From positions 8,586,990 through 8,650,989 of the forward strand of contig JBNZDD010013732.1 of the NCBI GenBank assembly GCA_050575255.1: 64,000 nucleotides of DNA. The letters are read 5' to 3'. The notes beneath the pieces were generated by a model. That model was not told the origin of the DNA and ran no database searches. It saw only the letters and a list, made by a program, of their open reading frames with translations. The translations under genes and the position numbers were made by a program. This document shows, piece by piece, positions 45,101-58,093 of this stretch. The stretch is from Harriotta raleighana (Eukaryota). Position 1 is the first letter of the stretch. Every line of letters begins with the position of its first letter.

Positions 45101-46336
45101 TGTCCTGTTCAGATTACATGAATGGAGCATTTTCTCATAATTTATGCATCTGCTCAGCTCGATTTGGAAGATTTTGCTATTTGGCACATGAATAAAATCA
45201 GTTGTGCAGTTGAAAGAGAGAAAGGCAACAACAATTTACATTTATGCCAGGAAGCATTTCACACATCTGATTAGGAACCTGAGCTGAGGAGGTGGGGATA
45301 GGGAGGTGACCAATAATGAGAAAAAAATAAGCATTTGTTATCCTTAAAGGTACTTTGTGTAATTAAAACACGTTCATGCCAAAGATTCTCGACAATTACC
45401 AGTTTTAAGAAAAAGCATGGATTTAAAAAACTATTTTGAATGGAAAATTGAAACATTTCAGATAAGACAGAATTTCAACATCCCCTAAAACTACAACTCA
45501 AAGTAATTTCACCAAAACATGGATTGGTGACATATCCAAGCCAGACATCATAACTGTTCTATACTAAATTAATTAATAGTGGGTTTGATCTGACCCTCTC
45601 TTTAACTGTTGGTTTAATGGAATTGGATTGGATTATCAGAATTCTCAAAACATTTGCTGCTCAAAATTTGCAGATTTTCCCTTTTTGTGCAAAATATACA
45701 ACAATATACAGTTTACATTAATTTGTTAAAATCACATATAAAATATCTGACTTTAAATATAATGAGCTAACATCATGCTCATTTTATTTGAAATACAAAG
45801 GGCAATATGGTATCAAATGTTTGAATGTGGGATGTTGTATGAAATACCAGTGGACTCTTTCACACTTATTCATTATTAGGAGTGCAATGATTGACATTTT
45901 TGGATTAATTCACAAATGGAACACCAATCCGTCCTTAGTCAAATTAAAAGATAGGGAAATTATCATAAAATTTAACAAATTTCCATTTCTATCTTGTGAT
46001 CTGATATCTTCTAAGATTTTGATCAAGATCAGTTCAGCAAGTAAAACAATCTGAATTAACAGTATGCTTCAGTCACAAACAAACAAATGTATGCATTATT
46101 TGTAATACATGAAGGAGAAGCCAATTTACTTCAAAACAATTACTCTATATTTAATAAGGTAAGGTACAGATGTAGTAGTCCCAGATTGCACTGCCTCAGC
46201 TAACTGTGTTACAGTTACCTGAGTGAAGCACAAAAAAAAACAATTGCCAATTAATCAACCAATCCTTGCACTCTTACTATTTAGAGTAATGCTACTGGCT
46301 TGTGAACTCTGAAACAGTTGTGAGTCTGTGTTTGTG

Positions 46337-46584
46337 TTAGTACATATCCCTGTAAATTTCTTGCAGAAGTGGATGTAAGGAAGTGTCTGCCTCAGTCTTT
46401 TTGATCTTTTGAACAAGTTGAGCGTGCTCTGTAACCAGCTGCCGGAGGTCAGCTAACTTCTGAAGGAGTTTTGGGAACAGATAGGCAGCATCTGGATGGT
46501 TACTATGCAGGTGGAGCCTAAGTGCTTGAACGATGCTCTCTTGCAGTTGCTCGATTTGTGACACATTCACCAGACCTGGTCGAT
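46337..46584 (-). CDS. PPARA: PPARA last coding exon
   Basis: taacag|AT CGA CCA...ATG TAC TAA; encodes RPGLVNV...[13 protein letters not shown]. Confidence 0.97.
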
Positions 46585-49500
46585 CTGTTAAAAAAAATGT
46601 ATTGATGGAAATTGTGACTATTGAGGCTGAATCAACACAATCACTCAAAAGAGAAGTGACAAACGATTTGAACATTAATATGAAAAATATAATCAGTAAT
46701 GAGAGAAAACTGTAAAGTAAAATTAATAAAAAGCATGATTTAGGAAAGTGGCAGAAGTGACACAGACACAATGACCATGACATGCAGAAAATGTCTATGT
46801 TCCCTAAATGTTGCTAACTAAATTACTATGAATTGTATAAGTACTGCTTCTTTCAATTTTCAAGTAAGAACACAATTAATCATTTAAGTTTACATCTTGC
46901 TATGAATTAAAACATCTTTGTAAAATACGATTATGTGGTCCAGGAACAAAGAACTATCTTATGCAAACTGTTTAGCTCCAAGCAAACAACTTTTTTCATT
47001 ATTCACCTTGTAAGTATTTTTTGGGCCTCAAATGCCCAATAGTATCCATAGACTGCAGATCACCCAGAACCCTGATACATCAGAACATGATGAACATGAA
47101 AGCATATGTAAGAGCTACTGAATCCTATTTACAGCTACATTAAGTACTAACATGACTCCCTCATAATTACGTTTAAGTTACTGAACTAAAATTAAATATT
47201 GTTTGTATCCTACAGCACTTCATTATGTATTCTATTTATACCACACAGGAGCCAAAGAACCAACATTCTTAGAATTCAAGACAAAATGAATACAGTATTT
47301 AAAAAATATAGTACTCTGTTGAGCAGATTGCCTTTGGGTGGTGTCACTTTCAAGGAATTTTAATTCTTGTGAAGTCAAAGACATTTATTTTAGGTCAGCA
47401 GAAAAAATAAGGAAGATGACTGTAGCCAAGATGGAGGAGCAAGGACATCTGGAGATTCAGATCCCCAAATCTCTAGACATAACACATGTAAATAATGCCA
47501 TAAAAAGGCAAATATCCAGAGGGATAGAGTATAAAAGTGAGGAGGCAATTAATGTTCAATTTCTATAAATTGCATTTGGAGTGCTGTATCCAATTCTGGT
47601 GGCCACACTACAATAAGGAAATATAGTAGCAATAGAAAGAGTACAGCATAGGTTCACTAGGATGATACCAGCCCTGGCAAGTTACTGCTATCAGGATAGA
47701 CTGGATAGTTTAGACATTTTATTCTCTGGGAAGAGTCATTTAAGACCAAGTAAAGGTGTCACAATTATAAATAAAAGAGTTTGATAGGGTAGCATATATA
47801 GGCTGTTCCCATTTTGGGGAGAATCTGAAGCCAGGGATTACAACTAAAACTTAGTGACTGGGGGATCTAAAAGAGAATTTTGAAGGAATTACTTCACGTA
47901 GAGCGGTAGTGAAAATTGCGGAACTTGCTGCCCAAAGCAGTGGTTGAATCAGTCAGTATGGATACATTTAAAGGAAAACTTGACATACTGTACATGAGTG
48001 AGAAGGAAACAGAAGGGTGACAGGAAGTAAGGAGTGGATGGAGACTTGTGGAATATAAACATTGACCCAGAGTAGTGGTCTGAATGGCCTAGTGCTGTGT
48101 AATTCATGTAAATGTACGTAAATCCTGCTTACACTTCACTTTTATTGTTTGATGAGTGAGAAAAGAATTTCTGACCTATCTTCTTATACAACCAAACTCC
48201 TCAATTGACCGCTTTGTCACTATTGGCATTCACCTTACCTTACAATACTGAAAAAATAAGAAAGCTACAGCAACGTATCAGCAAAGTCCATACTGATTCA
48301 ATTTCAAACCGTATAAGAAAGCACAACAGCAGTATAAATTACCCAGATTATCTTTTGTTGTACAGTGCTAACGAAGTGGAATTGATTTGTTTTACACTTA
48401 ATAAAGATACGTCACTGACAAAACACAAATTTTACAATTTAATGTAAATTCTGTCAAATCAGTAGAAATACTTACTTATGATGGCCAAGGTATATTATAC
48501 AGTACTTTGAAAATATCTGTTATAGAAGTAAAAGCAATATTGTGTCATGATATGCTGCACTCAACATTTTACACTCCCAATGTCACTCATTCTTACCTCC
48601 AGAAAGAATGATGGCAGCCACAAAGAGAGCCAAGTCACTATCATCCAACTCCAGTGCATTGAACTTCATGGCAAATTCAAACTTGGGTTCCATTATCTCA
48701 TTAAATGGCTTCCGCAGACTTTTCAAAAACTCTCGAGTCATAAAACCATTCCCATAGGCTACCAGCAGCCCATCTTTGTTCATAATGGATGCTAACATAG
48801 CAAACATGGCTTCATAAACTCCGTATTTTAATAGGGTCACTTGATCATTCAAATCCAGACTTATGAATTCAGGAATGCACTTGGCAAATTCTGTCAGTTC
48901 TCTCACTGTTTCCACAGATGTGTACTGGCACCGGTGAAAAATTCTAACCTCAGCTTCTTTGTTCTGCATCCCGTTCACGGCTTGTTTTGACACCAAGTTC
49001 TCCTCTGCCATGCATAAGGTCTCCATGTCATGGATGACAAAAGGCTGTAAGTTTGTTTGAAAATAGTTACCATAAAAAAATATTTTGATCAGTTTTACCC
49101 ACTTGAACACCTCACTTCAAATTTCTCCCGAACAAACATTAATCCTTACTGGAATATAATAATAATAATAATCTATGCATTTGGTATAACACCTTATCAC
49201 ATCATCGAGACATCTTAGAACACTTGACAGTATACACTACAAAGTGAATTACTGTATATATTGTGGGTGAAACACCGCAGCCAATTGCGCATAACTGTGC
49301 ACCACAAACAGTCGTGGATTTAGTGACAAAATTATTTTTATTTATTACATTTTTTGAAGGGTTTATCACACCCAGGAAAGTGATCCACCAATCCACAAAC
49401 AACCGTGTTGAGTAATAATACTTGCTTAATGTTTCACTCTGCCTTGGAATCAAATCCAGGTCCTCTCACTTGTGAGGCAAGTACTCTAATTACTAAACTA

Positions 49501-52500
49501 CAGGAATATAGGCCAATACACCAACCGATACATCTCCAAAGTGAACATTTTTCATGGGTAAGTTTAGACTACTCAAATGTATGTGACTTAATACATAGCG
49601 CTAATCTCTTCTCATCCAATATCCATAGTCCCACTGAAATTTACAGCAAGAAAGAAAGCCATTTGGCCCATCATATTTGTGCTGGCTCTTTGAAAGCCCA
49701 ATACTATTAATTCCATTCAGATATATTTTCTCCATTTCATTGTAATTTATTCCTTTCTAGATATAAATATAATAACTGTACCCATGCATCTTCAGGAAGG
49801 GAGAAAATTGGTAAAAAAAAACCTTCTTAAATCTAATATTTGTTGATTCAACATGTGTAATATTTTCCTAATGTTTTAGGTGCTGAATTGCATTTCAAAC
49901 AGCATGATAATATCTTGAGATCATTTGGATCTGAAATGAATCCTGTCCAAATTGAATAAGTGGGAATGCAAAATAATATCAATGCAGTAGGTGGCCATGC
50001 AGTAGTTGATGGGAGTATGGGGACTGTGAAAAAGGAACTTCACTGTTCCTACTAACTAGCGCAACTACTGACCAGGGAGTTCTTTGTGCAGCATTCAAAT
50101 AATGGGGAAGCAATTAGATTCCTTAGCACCAAAACCTTCACTAAATTAGCACAACATTTACCAGCAAAGCTTCAAAAGAAAAATGTACGAGACAGTAACC
50201 CACTTCTTCATATCAATGCCATTAATGGGTAGATTCAGAAGCCATGCAGTCTATATGATACTATCTGTACAAGTGAGGACATGTCCTTTATTATTGCCTT
50301 CTGCATTCTATGACTGAGCTAGTTTTCAATCCAACCAGCTAAGTGTGCAGTTTTGGTCTCCTTATTTAAGAAAGAATGTACTTGCCTTGGAGGGGGTACA
50401 ACGTAGATTCACTAGTTTGGTACCTGAGGGCGGAGAGCTACGAGGATAGGTTGAGCAATCTAGGCCTATATTCTCTAGAATATAGAAGAATCAGAGGTGA
50501 TCTTATAGAAACCTATAAGATTATTAAGGGGCATGACAGAGTAAATAGTGAGAGATTGTTTCCCCTATTTGGAGAAACTATAACCAGGGGTCACAGTTTT
50601 AAAATTAGGGGTCAGCCCTTTCGCACTGAGTTGAGGATATACTTCTTCACTCAGAGGGTAGTGAATTTATGGAATTCTCTACCCCAAAGGGCTGTAGATG
50701 CTCAGTCCTTGAACATATTCAAGACTGAGATTGCTAGATTTCTTGTGGATAAAGGGATTAAGGGATATGGGATAAGGTGGGTAGGTGGAGTTAGATGAAG
50801 ATAAGCCATGATTTTATTGAATGATGGAGCAGGCTCGAGGGGCTGAATGGCCTACTCCTGCCCTTAATTCTTATGTTCTAAATTAACTCATCATAGCAAT
50901 GAGGAAAACAAGCCCTGTTGTGCACTACCAAATCCAGGTTTTGTACAAGGAGAGGAGAAACAAGTATCTGGAATGGAACCTAACTGTATGCCTCCCTCTC
51001 AATGCGCACTTGTGATATCCCATTCAACACCAACAAAATTACACTTGTATAGCACCTTTCATGTCAGGAGGATGTCCCGAGGCGCTATCATTCGTATGTG
51101 GAGCCTAAATGAATGAGGAAAAACAACTTCATACTCACTGGGGTGTTGTTAGTTTTTCCTGTCAAGATGGCTCTGGCCTTGGTTTTGTTCATGTTAAAGT
51201 TCTTTAGGTAGGCCTCATACATGTGTTTGGCAAGGGATTTCAAATCAGCCATCTGTGAATTCTGTACATCTTGCTCCAGTGTCAGAATCTCAGCTTTTAA
51301 TTTCTCCTTTTCAGATTGTGGCATTCGGCCGAATCGAATGGCTTTATAGGCAGAAGAAACATATTTTTAAAGTAATGGATAGTTTATAACTGATAACAAC
51401 AGCAACCTTTAATTTAGACCAAGTACAATATAGGAATTTCTAAGCATTTATACACACACTAATTTTGCTGTTTATCCAAGGATAACTGCACTTGTTCTAA
51501 TCGTCATCGCAGTACTGTATTCTTAGTGTATTGTTATGTTTCAAAATTAAAACATGCAACTTGTCACCTGTTTCTTATATAGGCCACTATGGTGCTGTCA
51601 CAGAGCCCAAGCCTCAAGCCCAAATTATTCTTTCCACTGGTCATGTGGGTCAACATGAGCTCCAATGTCAGTTCAGAGCTGCCGTCTCTGTTCAAACAAA
51701 TGTAACCACTCTGGGTAGCATGCTGCTCTTCATAAGTGACACAGAGCAACTGATTTTTTGTAAGGATGTTGTACAGTTAGAGTGAATATTCTGTCTGGAC
51801 TTTACCTTTAGCTTTTAGTACACTATTGTCAACTGTGTTCTTCATAAAGTCATCAAATCTCACGTGAAAAGTTTTCATTATTTGCAATCTTTGCAATCAC
51901 CCCCATCGTCTCCCAGATTTACTGGCTCCCCATCCTCTAGAGCAGTGCTTTCCAAACTGTGGGGCTCACATTGTTGGGTGGGGGGGGCGCAAAGCTTTAG
52001 AGTTTTGAGCCCTGAATGCGTGTGGAGCCGAGGACCCGAGTGTGTGTAGAGCAGAGGACCTGAGTGTGTGTGGAGCCGAGGACGCGAGTGCGTGTGGAAC
52101 CAAGTGTGAAGGAGGGGGGTGCAACGAAAATTTTGATGAGTTGGGGGGGAGGGGGGGCGAAGCTATTTAAAGTTTGGAATCCACTGCCCTAGCGGATCGA
52201 GTTCAAGATCTTGTCCTCACTTAGAAAGCCCTCCCAACTTCTGTCTTGCTCTCCCAACTTCTGTGGCCTACTAAAACCTCATTGACCTGCCCAATTCCTC
52301 CACTTTTGGGGCACTAACTTGCTCCATGTCTGCCACCCTGCCCAACCCACCATTGGTGGTCAGGCCTTCAGCCTTTCCACCTCTTCAACTCACCCCTCCA
52401 GGGCTTCGACTCATCCCTCCAGGGCTTCCTTCAAGGTCAGTCTCAAGATTTTTCTCTTTGACCCATGCCTTTCGGTCTTTCTCTCTACTTCATCCCCCTT

Positions 52501-55500
52501 TGCCCTCAATCCCTCTTGATTTCAATCCCCCGCTCGGGTGCAAAATCTTGATCATCCCACCTTGGGTCATCCTTCTAATGTGAAAGATGCTATATAAATA
52601 CAATTTGTTGTTGGTCTCTATCAAAATTGTTAAACCTTTTTCTGATGTGTAATCTGTGAGTCAAAATAGACTACTATTGACTACAGTAATCCTGTGAAGT
52701 GTTTTCAGAGGGTTTGACAAAGTGAGTTGGGGAAACTGTGGAATCAGGGTGGCAGAGAATGTAACACAAAGAGAGCTTGATAGGATATGTCCATGAGCTG
52801 CTGAAATACAAGGATCATTAGAATTTGTTTTAGAAATTAAATGAATCAATTCTCCCTCGTGGACAATAAAACATCTTATTTGATTTTGCAGAATTCAAAA
52901 CTGAGTTGCTTTCTGAATTTACTGTAGCCTATATTTTAAAAACTAAAGTATAGCTTCACATACCATTGTGTGACATTCCCACAAGAAGGCACTTTTGAAA
53001 ACGACAATACTGGCATTTGTTGCGATTCTTTTTCTGTATCTTACAATTGCGTTCACACTGGTCATAGTCCAACTTCAATCGAATTGTCCTCCGAAAAAAC
53101 CCCTTCAAAATAAAATTCTGAAATTAATGTGTAGCAAGGCCTCAACAGAATACAAATATCTTTTCTGAAATGATGACTGTCCTGAAGTTTAAACACAAAA
53201 TGAGATGGGTGATTTGTTTGAAAATTCTGTCCTTTATACCCCACATCCATAAAATGACCACCTATATCTTTCCCCACTTTCGCAACATTACCTGACTCCA
53301 CCACAGTCTCACATTGCAGATCGCCAAGACCCTCATACACACATTTAAATTGAGGAAAACAGCAAATGTGCCCTTATAAACTATAAACTAGTCCTATGAT
53401 TTAATGAAAATAGAGGGAAATATTTTACCATATGCCTCTAATTTTTCCCTGCAAGCCAAAGCAATAACTCCTTCATTACAAAGATGAGTTTACAGGTCAC
53501 AGCTATCTCCATGGATAATGTCACGAGAGGTTCAGATGAAGAAAGTCCTACAGTCCATTTGATGTCATATTTCCAGAACGCCCTACCATTAGAGCAGCAA
53601 ATTATTTCCAAATAGGTTCAGCATCCTTGCCTCAGCCGCCCTTCATAGTTACATATTTCATTTGTGAATTAGCCTTTGGATGAAGAAAGATTTTTTGTTG
53701 TCTGTCATGAAATTGTCCAAACCTGTATCCTGTTTTTCATGCCTCATTGCATCCAAAAGTATTTTTCCGAGAGTGCTTGAAAAATCCCATTTAAAATTCC
53801 CTGAGATATCGGTTTTGAGAACTGGGCAGTTCCAGGAACTAGATGCAGTTCTCTAACTGCAATCTGACCAGAGCATTTTACAGCTTGAGAATGGCACCTG
53901 GGATCTGAATTTCACTCATTTGATTGTGTAACCCAGCATCCGATTTACGTAATTTATTATTGCCTCACATTGCTTTGATATGATGAGCAATGGGTCATCT
54001 CAAACTCTGGATCTCTTTCAGCTTCCTTTTGAAATGTTAACCCATGAAGTACATGTCCCTCCTATACTTGCTTCCTGTATGCAGTATTTGTGTTTATCCT
54101 CATTGAATGTCATTTGCCAGTCATCAGCTCATGGGCATATCCTATCAAGCTCTCTTTGTGTGACATTCTCTGCCACCCTGATTCCAGTGCCCCCCAAATC
54201 CAGTGCCCTTTTCACTCCCTAAAATAACACAAACATAGCTCCAGGCAGTTTCCCTTTGTCCTTGCGTGAGAGAAACTAAACTTTTGATTTCAATGAACCC
54301 TAAGAAGTGGGAATCAGATTAAATGTACCTTACAGCCTTCACAGGCATGCACGCCGTAATGGAAGCCAGAGGACTTGTCCCCACACACGCGGCATTCAAC
54401 GCTTAGCCCTGAGCTGGAAGCTTCATCTTGGGTTAACAATGCTACAGGGAAGTTTACTGAAGATGGACTGGAGGCTGGGGTAAATGTTTCTAAAATGGAA
54501 ATGGGAGGAAAGAGAGAAAATAAATAAAATAAAGGAATGTGATTGATTGATTAATTAATTGTGCAAAATAAAAGCAAATGCCATGTGACTATTTGTCTTT
54601 TTTTTAGCTTTAATGATTTTAAACATAAAATATATATTTTTAAAATCTATAATATAGATATTTCACACTTTCAGTTTGTCAGAGATGTTACAGCATAACT
54701 TTACCAATTTGTACATTTTTTTAAAAAAAAGTATTTAAAATAATGTGTTCAGTTACTCATCAAACCAACTGGGAGCCTCTAACACAAACATCACCCCAAA
54801 CATATTGTCTCTCCCAATATACAGGTAGGTGATCTGGTGACCTAATCCTCTGTGAGGTGGCAAGTTGGACTTTCGAACATTCCCTTTGTCCACTTGGCCA
54901 CCTCTTAGCACTTCCACAGAATGGTACAATGAAACTATAAACTGACCAAGTGGATTGTATTGTTTAATACTGTTATCATTGTGTTAGCCTGAATTAGTTG
55001 GGTGCACTTTCTTGTCTATGCGAGTCAGGTTATGGACTTAAGCCCCACATCAGGAATTGGAACTCGTACAATCTGAGATGACACACTAGTGTAGAGCTGT
55101 GGTGGTGTTGCATTGTTAGCTGTGCTTTGGATAAAACAATAAACCGAGCCCCCATCCTCCTGTTCAGATGAATGTTAAAGATCCCATGGTACTATGTGAA
55201 AACAGAGGAAGTTTCTAACAATCCTCCAAAATATTGGTCACTTACTTCATGGCTATTTATGGGACATTGATGTGCACAAATTGGCTGCCGCTTTTCTCCA
55301 TTAAAGACATGAAGTCATTCCATTTTACAGTATATCACTTGAAGCACTTTGAGAAATCCTTCTGAAGTGAAAAGTGCTATAACAAAGGTAATTATTTATT
55401 TAATATGATGATACCATTGATTGTTCAGGAATACTGACTTGAATAAATTGGAGAACGCAGAGAAGTGCTTTGTTTCCTACAGCTTCCCAACTGAAACTTA

Positions 55501-58093
55501 AACTAAAGTTAGCCAACTCAAGATTCCCAACGTTATTTAAAGCCATATTTTGGAGCAATTTTGTTGTTTCATAGTCTAAAGACTATATATTGTACGCCTT
55601 TTTAAAAAAAAAATTGTGACTCGTTCTCCAACCCATTAAATAGTTTTGAACTTGGATGTGATTTGGCTCATTGGTTTGGTTCAATCTACCAAAGAAGGTA
55701 GATTGCCTGTGAATGCCATAAATTGCTTTTAGACTTTAATAAATTGCTTTTAGACTTTTAATAATAATATTTTTTGAACCCATCCAAAATGATCATTACC
55801 TTAGAATCATAGAATTTTTCAGCACCAAAGGAGGCCATTCAACCCATTGAGTCTGAGCCGGCTCTTTGAAAAGAGCTATTTAAAGTCAATTAGACTCTCA
55901 GCTCTCTCCTCATGACCCTGCAAACCCATCCTCTCCAAACATACAATTATACAAGTGTAATTTGATGTTGTCCGCCCAAGACCATTATACATTAGGCTTC
56001 TGACTTTCAGTTGTCAGCTGTGAAGAATCCCTGCACCAATGGCATATCTGTTCCTCCAAATCCTGCTACCAAGATAGGCCAGCTGCCCAATTATCAAAAG
56101 CACTGTGGACCAAGCTCAGGACTCAAACTACTGAGACCACTATAAAGGATTGACCCAATTCCAATATTCCACTGTCAGCTCAGCCTCAAAGAGACTCCAC
56201 TTACTGCTCTTTTCTACCTCATTTAACCAATTGCTACTCATTAGACACTAATATTAATACTACTATTAATAGTAGTTAACCCTACTTTTAGTTAACCCTC
56301 GCTGAACGAGAGGCTTACGTTACTGGAAAACTGCGCACTCAGTAAAATCGCGTTCGTTAACCTTAACAAGTAATGGGAAAAGGGGGGTTAGGGGAATCCA
56401 GCCACCTCAAGCCTCCAGGCACATCCACAACTGACCAAGGCAAGGTATATACTGAGGCGGGCGACAGCCGGCTGGCCCGCTCTTGTCGCTCTCCCCACTC
56501 TCTTCGCTCTCCCTGTTGAATTTCTGTTGTTTTGCCTTCCACCAAGTCTTTCATGAGCTCCCTGTAAGGTCCTAAGAGGCCATCCAGACTGTTTTAAATT
56601 TCAGACTCCTTTGCATTATGGGGTCCATCTCCAAGCTTTACTTCCCAACTGTGCATTTTGTGGGGCCGGCGTCCTCGCAAGTGCGCATGCGCTCGGTGCC
56701 TGTCAGCACGTAGATGCAAATTTTACACACTGTATGCAAAAAAGTGACGCTTTTTTTTCTTCGTATAGTTGAATTTGCAATCGAGAAAGTTGCATTCAGC
56801 GAGTGTTAACTGTAGTTATATTTGGAAAAGCACCTTGCATGTCAGGAGGTAATTAGAAGGCATTTTGTAAAGAAGTGTTATTATTTCATGTGAGAATGTA
56901 GAAGACAATTTGTGCACAGGAATGTCCCAGAAACAGCTGTGAAGTGAATGGCCAATTTTAGTTGGGGAATTGATGTCAAGGACAGGGAGAAACTCCCTTA
57001 CACCTAAAGAGGCAGTCTAAGGAAGCTGGACTGTATGAGTTCCAAATCCTGAGACAGGCTTGAACTTACAACCTCTGACTTAGAGGAAAGTGTGCTATCA
57101 ACTGAGCTAGATGTCTGATAAGCGCTGGTTTGAGCTCTTACCAGGTAGACAGTGGGAACCAGGAGCTCACGAGTTACACAACTCAGCTTGAAATGTCTAA
57201 TAACATTGCCACTATCCTCTTGCCTGGAAGAAACTCTTGTCTGGCTACAAGTCTACAAGCCTACCAACTGATGGGTGATTTCACAGTTGCAAGTGTAGAG
57301 CTTCAGTAGCAGCTGCTTACCTCCATGCATACCAATCGAGATCAACGTCAATCCCAAGATATACAAGCATGTGTTCATGAACCCGCTTTGTAGGTCAATG
57401 CCTTCCAGCAGTTGTACTCCCAAGCCTTTGAGTTTCATTATCAACTACCAGACATCTGCATTCACGGTGGAATGGGACACATTACAACGTGCCAACCACC
57501 TAGATGTTCTAGAGATCCAAGTTCAATGCTACGTACCAGGCTTATGAGGTTCTGTTATCCTATACCCCATTGTAAACTTAACTGCTGGTAGTTTTTGCAT
57601 TCATTCAACTGTGCAGATTTGTTTAATCATGAAGGATTGAATTGCTAGTAGAAATGTAGCAAGTCTCACTTCAAATACAAAAAGATGAAACACAACACAA
57701 GTTTGAACATAAATCAATTCATAAAATTTATGAAAGCAGCACATTACTTCCACCAGTGAACAATACCATTAGCTACAGAAAGTAAGTAGTTCATCCAGCA
57801 ATATATATTAATGTTATAAATTAATTGAGTGAGAGAGATCTCATCTTACAATTAAACATTTTTGAAAAATCTCTCCTACCTGGAACTGTTTCATTTGATC
57901 CAGGACCATTCCCTGAAGTCTGGTTCTCATCACCACTGAATCCTTCTGAGCTGTTGTCCCCTATAGACTGTGAAAGCTCCTGGACATCCTCCATTTCCTG
58001 TTCAAGTTCTCCAGCCAAGGCGTTATCAAAGTCATTTTCCAGCAGCAATAGTGAACAAGATTGGCTTTCTGTGTTTGGTAGTGTAATGCTCAT
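46337..58093 (-). CDS. PPARA: Peroxisome proliferator-activated receptor alpha; complement(join(46337..46584,48597..49044,51139..51341,52964..53102,54329..54489,57880..58093)), 470 aa
   Basis: C4 zinc fingers ([33 protein letters not shown]), alpha-type A/B domain and hinge, KYGVYEA with the alpha-type Tyr, and AF-2 [13 protein letters not shown]. Six GT-AG exons with consistent phases; neighbours CDPF1, PKDREJ and let-7b fit PPARA synteny. Confidence 0.96.
47440..48105 (+). mobile_element. Degenerate CR1 3' fragment in the last PPARA intron
   Basis: [16 protein letters not shown] and [12 protein letters not shown] remnants; GGTCTGAATGGCCT tail. Confidence 0.8.
48597..49044 (-). CDS. PPARA: PPARA exon, LBD
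   Basis: ttacag|CCT TTT...GGA G|gtaaga; encodes [10 protein letters not shown]...[16 protein letters not shown]. Confidence 0.97.
49158..49508 (-). mobile_element. Deu-domain SINE in a PPARA intron
   Basis: CAGCCAATTGCGCA core, CACAAACAGTCGTGGATT and a tRNA-like head near 49445-49505. Confidence 0.78.
50340..50880 (+). mobile_element. CR1 LINE 3' fragment, relatively intact
   Basis: Translates to [32 protein letters not shown]...TRGHSFK...[14 protein letters not shown]; 3' UTR GGAGCAGGCTCGAGGGGCTGAATGGCCTACTCCTG. Confidence 0.92.
51139..51341 (-). CDS. PPARA: PPARA exon, hinge and LBD start
   Basis: taaag|CC ATT CGA...ACC CCA|gtgagt; encodes [18 protein letters not shown]...KARAILTGK. Confidence 0.96.
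51880..52612 (+). mobile_element. LINE2 3' fragment interrupted by a hAT MITE
   Basis: W-L-P coding before 51943 resumes as R-I-E-F-K-I after 52186, then [16 protein letters not shown] and the L2 tail. Confidence 0.8.
51943..52186. mobile_element. hAT/Charlie-like MITE with an internal ~23-bp tandem repeat
   Basis: TIRs CAGTGCTTTCCAAACT and CAGTGGATTCCAAACT (right end reverse-complemented); 8-bp flanks CTCTAGAG and CCCTAGCG (6/8). Confidence 0.82.
52964..53102 (-). CDS. PPARA: PPARA exon, zinc finger 2
   Basis: tgaag|GGG TTT...AAT G|gtatgt; encodes [46 protein letters not shown]. Confidence 0.97.
54329..54489 (-). CDS. PPARA: PPARA exon, zinc finger 1
   Basis: ttttag|AA ACA...TGT AAG|gtacat; encodes TPASSPSSV...[23 protein letters not shown]. 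Confidence 0.96.
54980..55400 (+). mobile_element. Older Deu-domain SINE
   Basis: GTGCACAAATTGGCTGCCGC core, GTTAAAGATCCCATGG and GAAGCACTTTGAG...AAAGTGCTATAA tail. Confidence 0.65.
56289..56812. mobile_element. Tc1/mariner (Tigger/pogo-like) MITE
   Basis: TIRs TAGTTAACCCTCGCTGAACG and CAGTTAACACTCGCTGAATG (right end reverse-complemented); TA at the right flank. Confidence 0.78.
57880..58093 (-). CDS. PPARA: PPARA first coding exon (A/B domain); exon starts at 58097
   Basis: tcatag|TCTA ATG AGC...CCA G|gtagga; [18 protein letters not shown] resembles the PPARA A/B region. Confidence 0.9.

Noticed and set aside
50376-50798. 140-aa ORF
   Set aside because: CR1 ORF2 C-terminal remnant, not a host gene.
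55718-55762. 2 x 21-bp tandem duplication (a similar small one lies at 61757-61797)
   Set aside because: Ordinary slippage-type duplication with no further structure.
56214-56221. let-7 8mer CTACCTCA
   Set aside because: It is antisense to PPARA and intronic, and an 8-mer is expected by chance in 64 kb.
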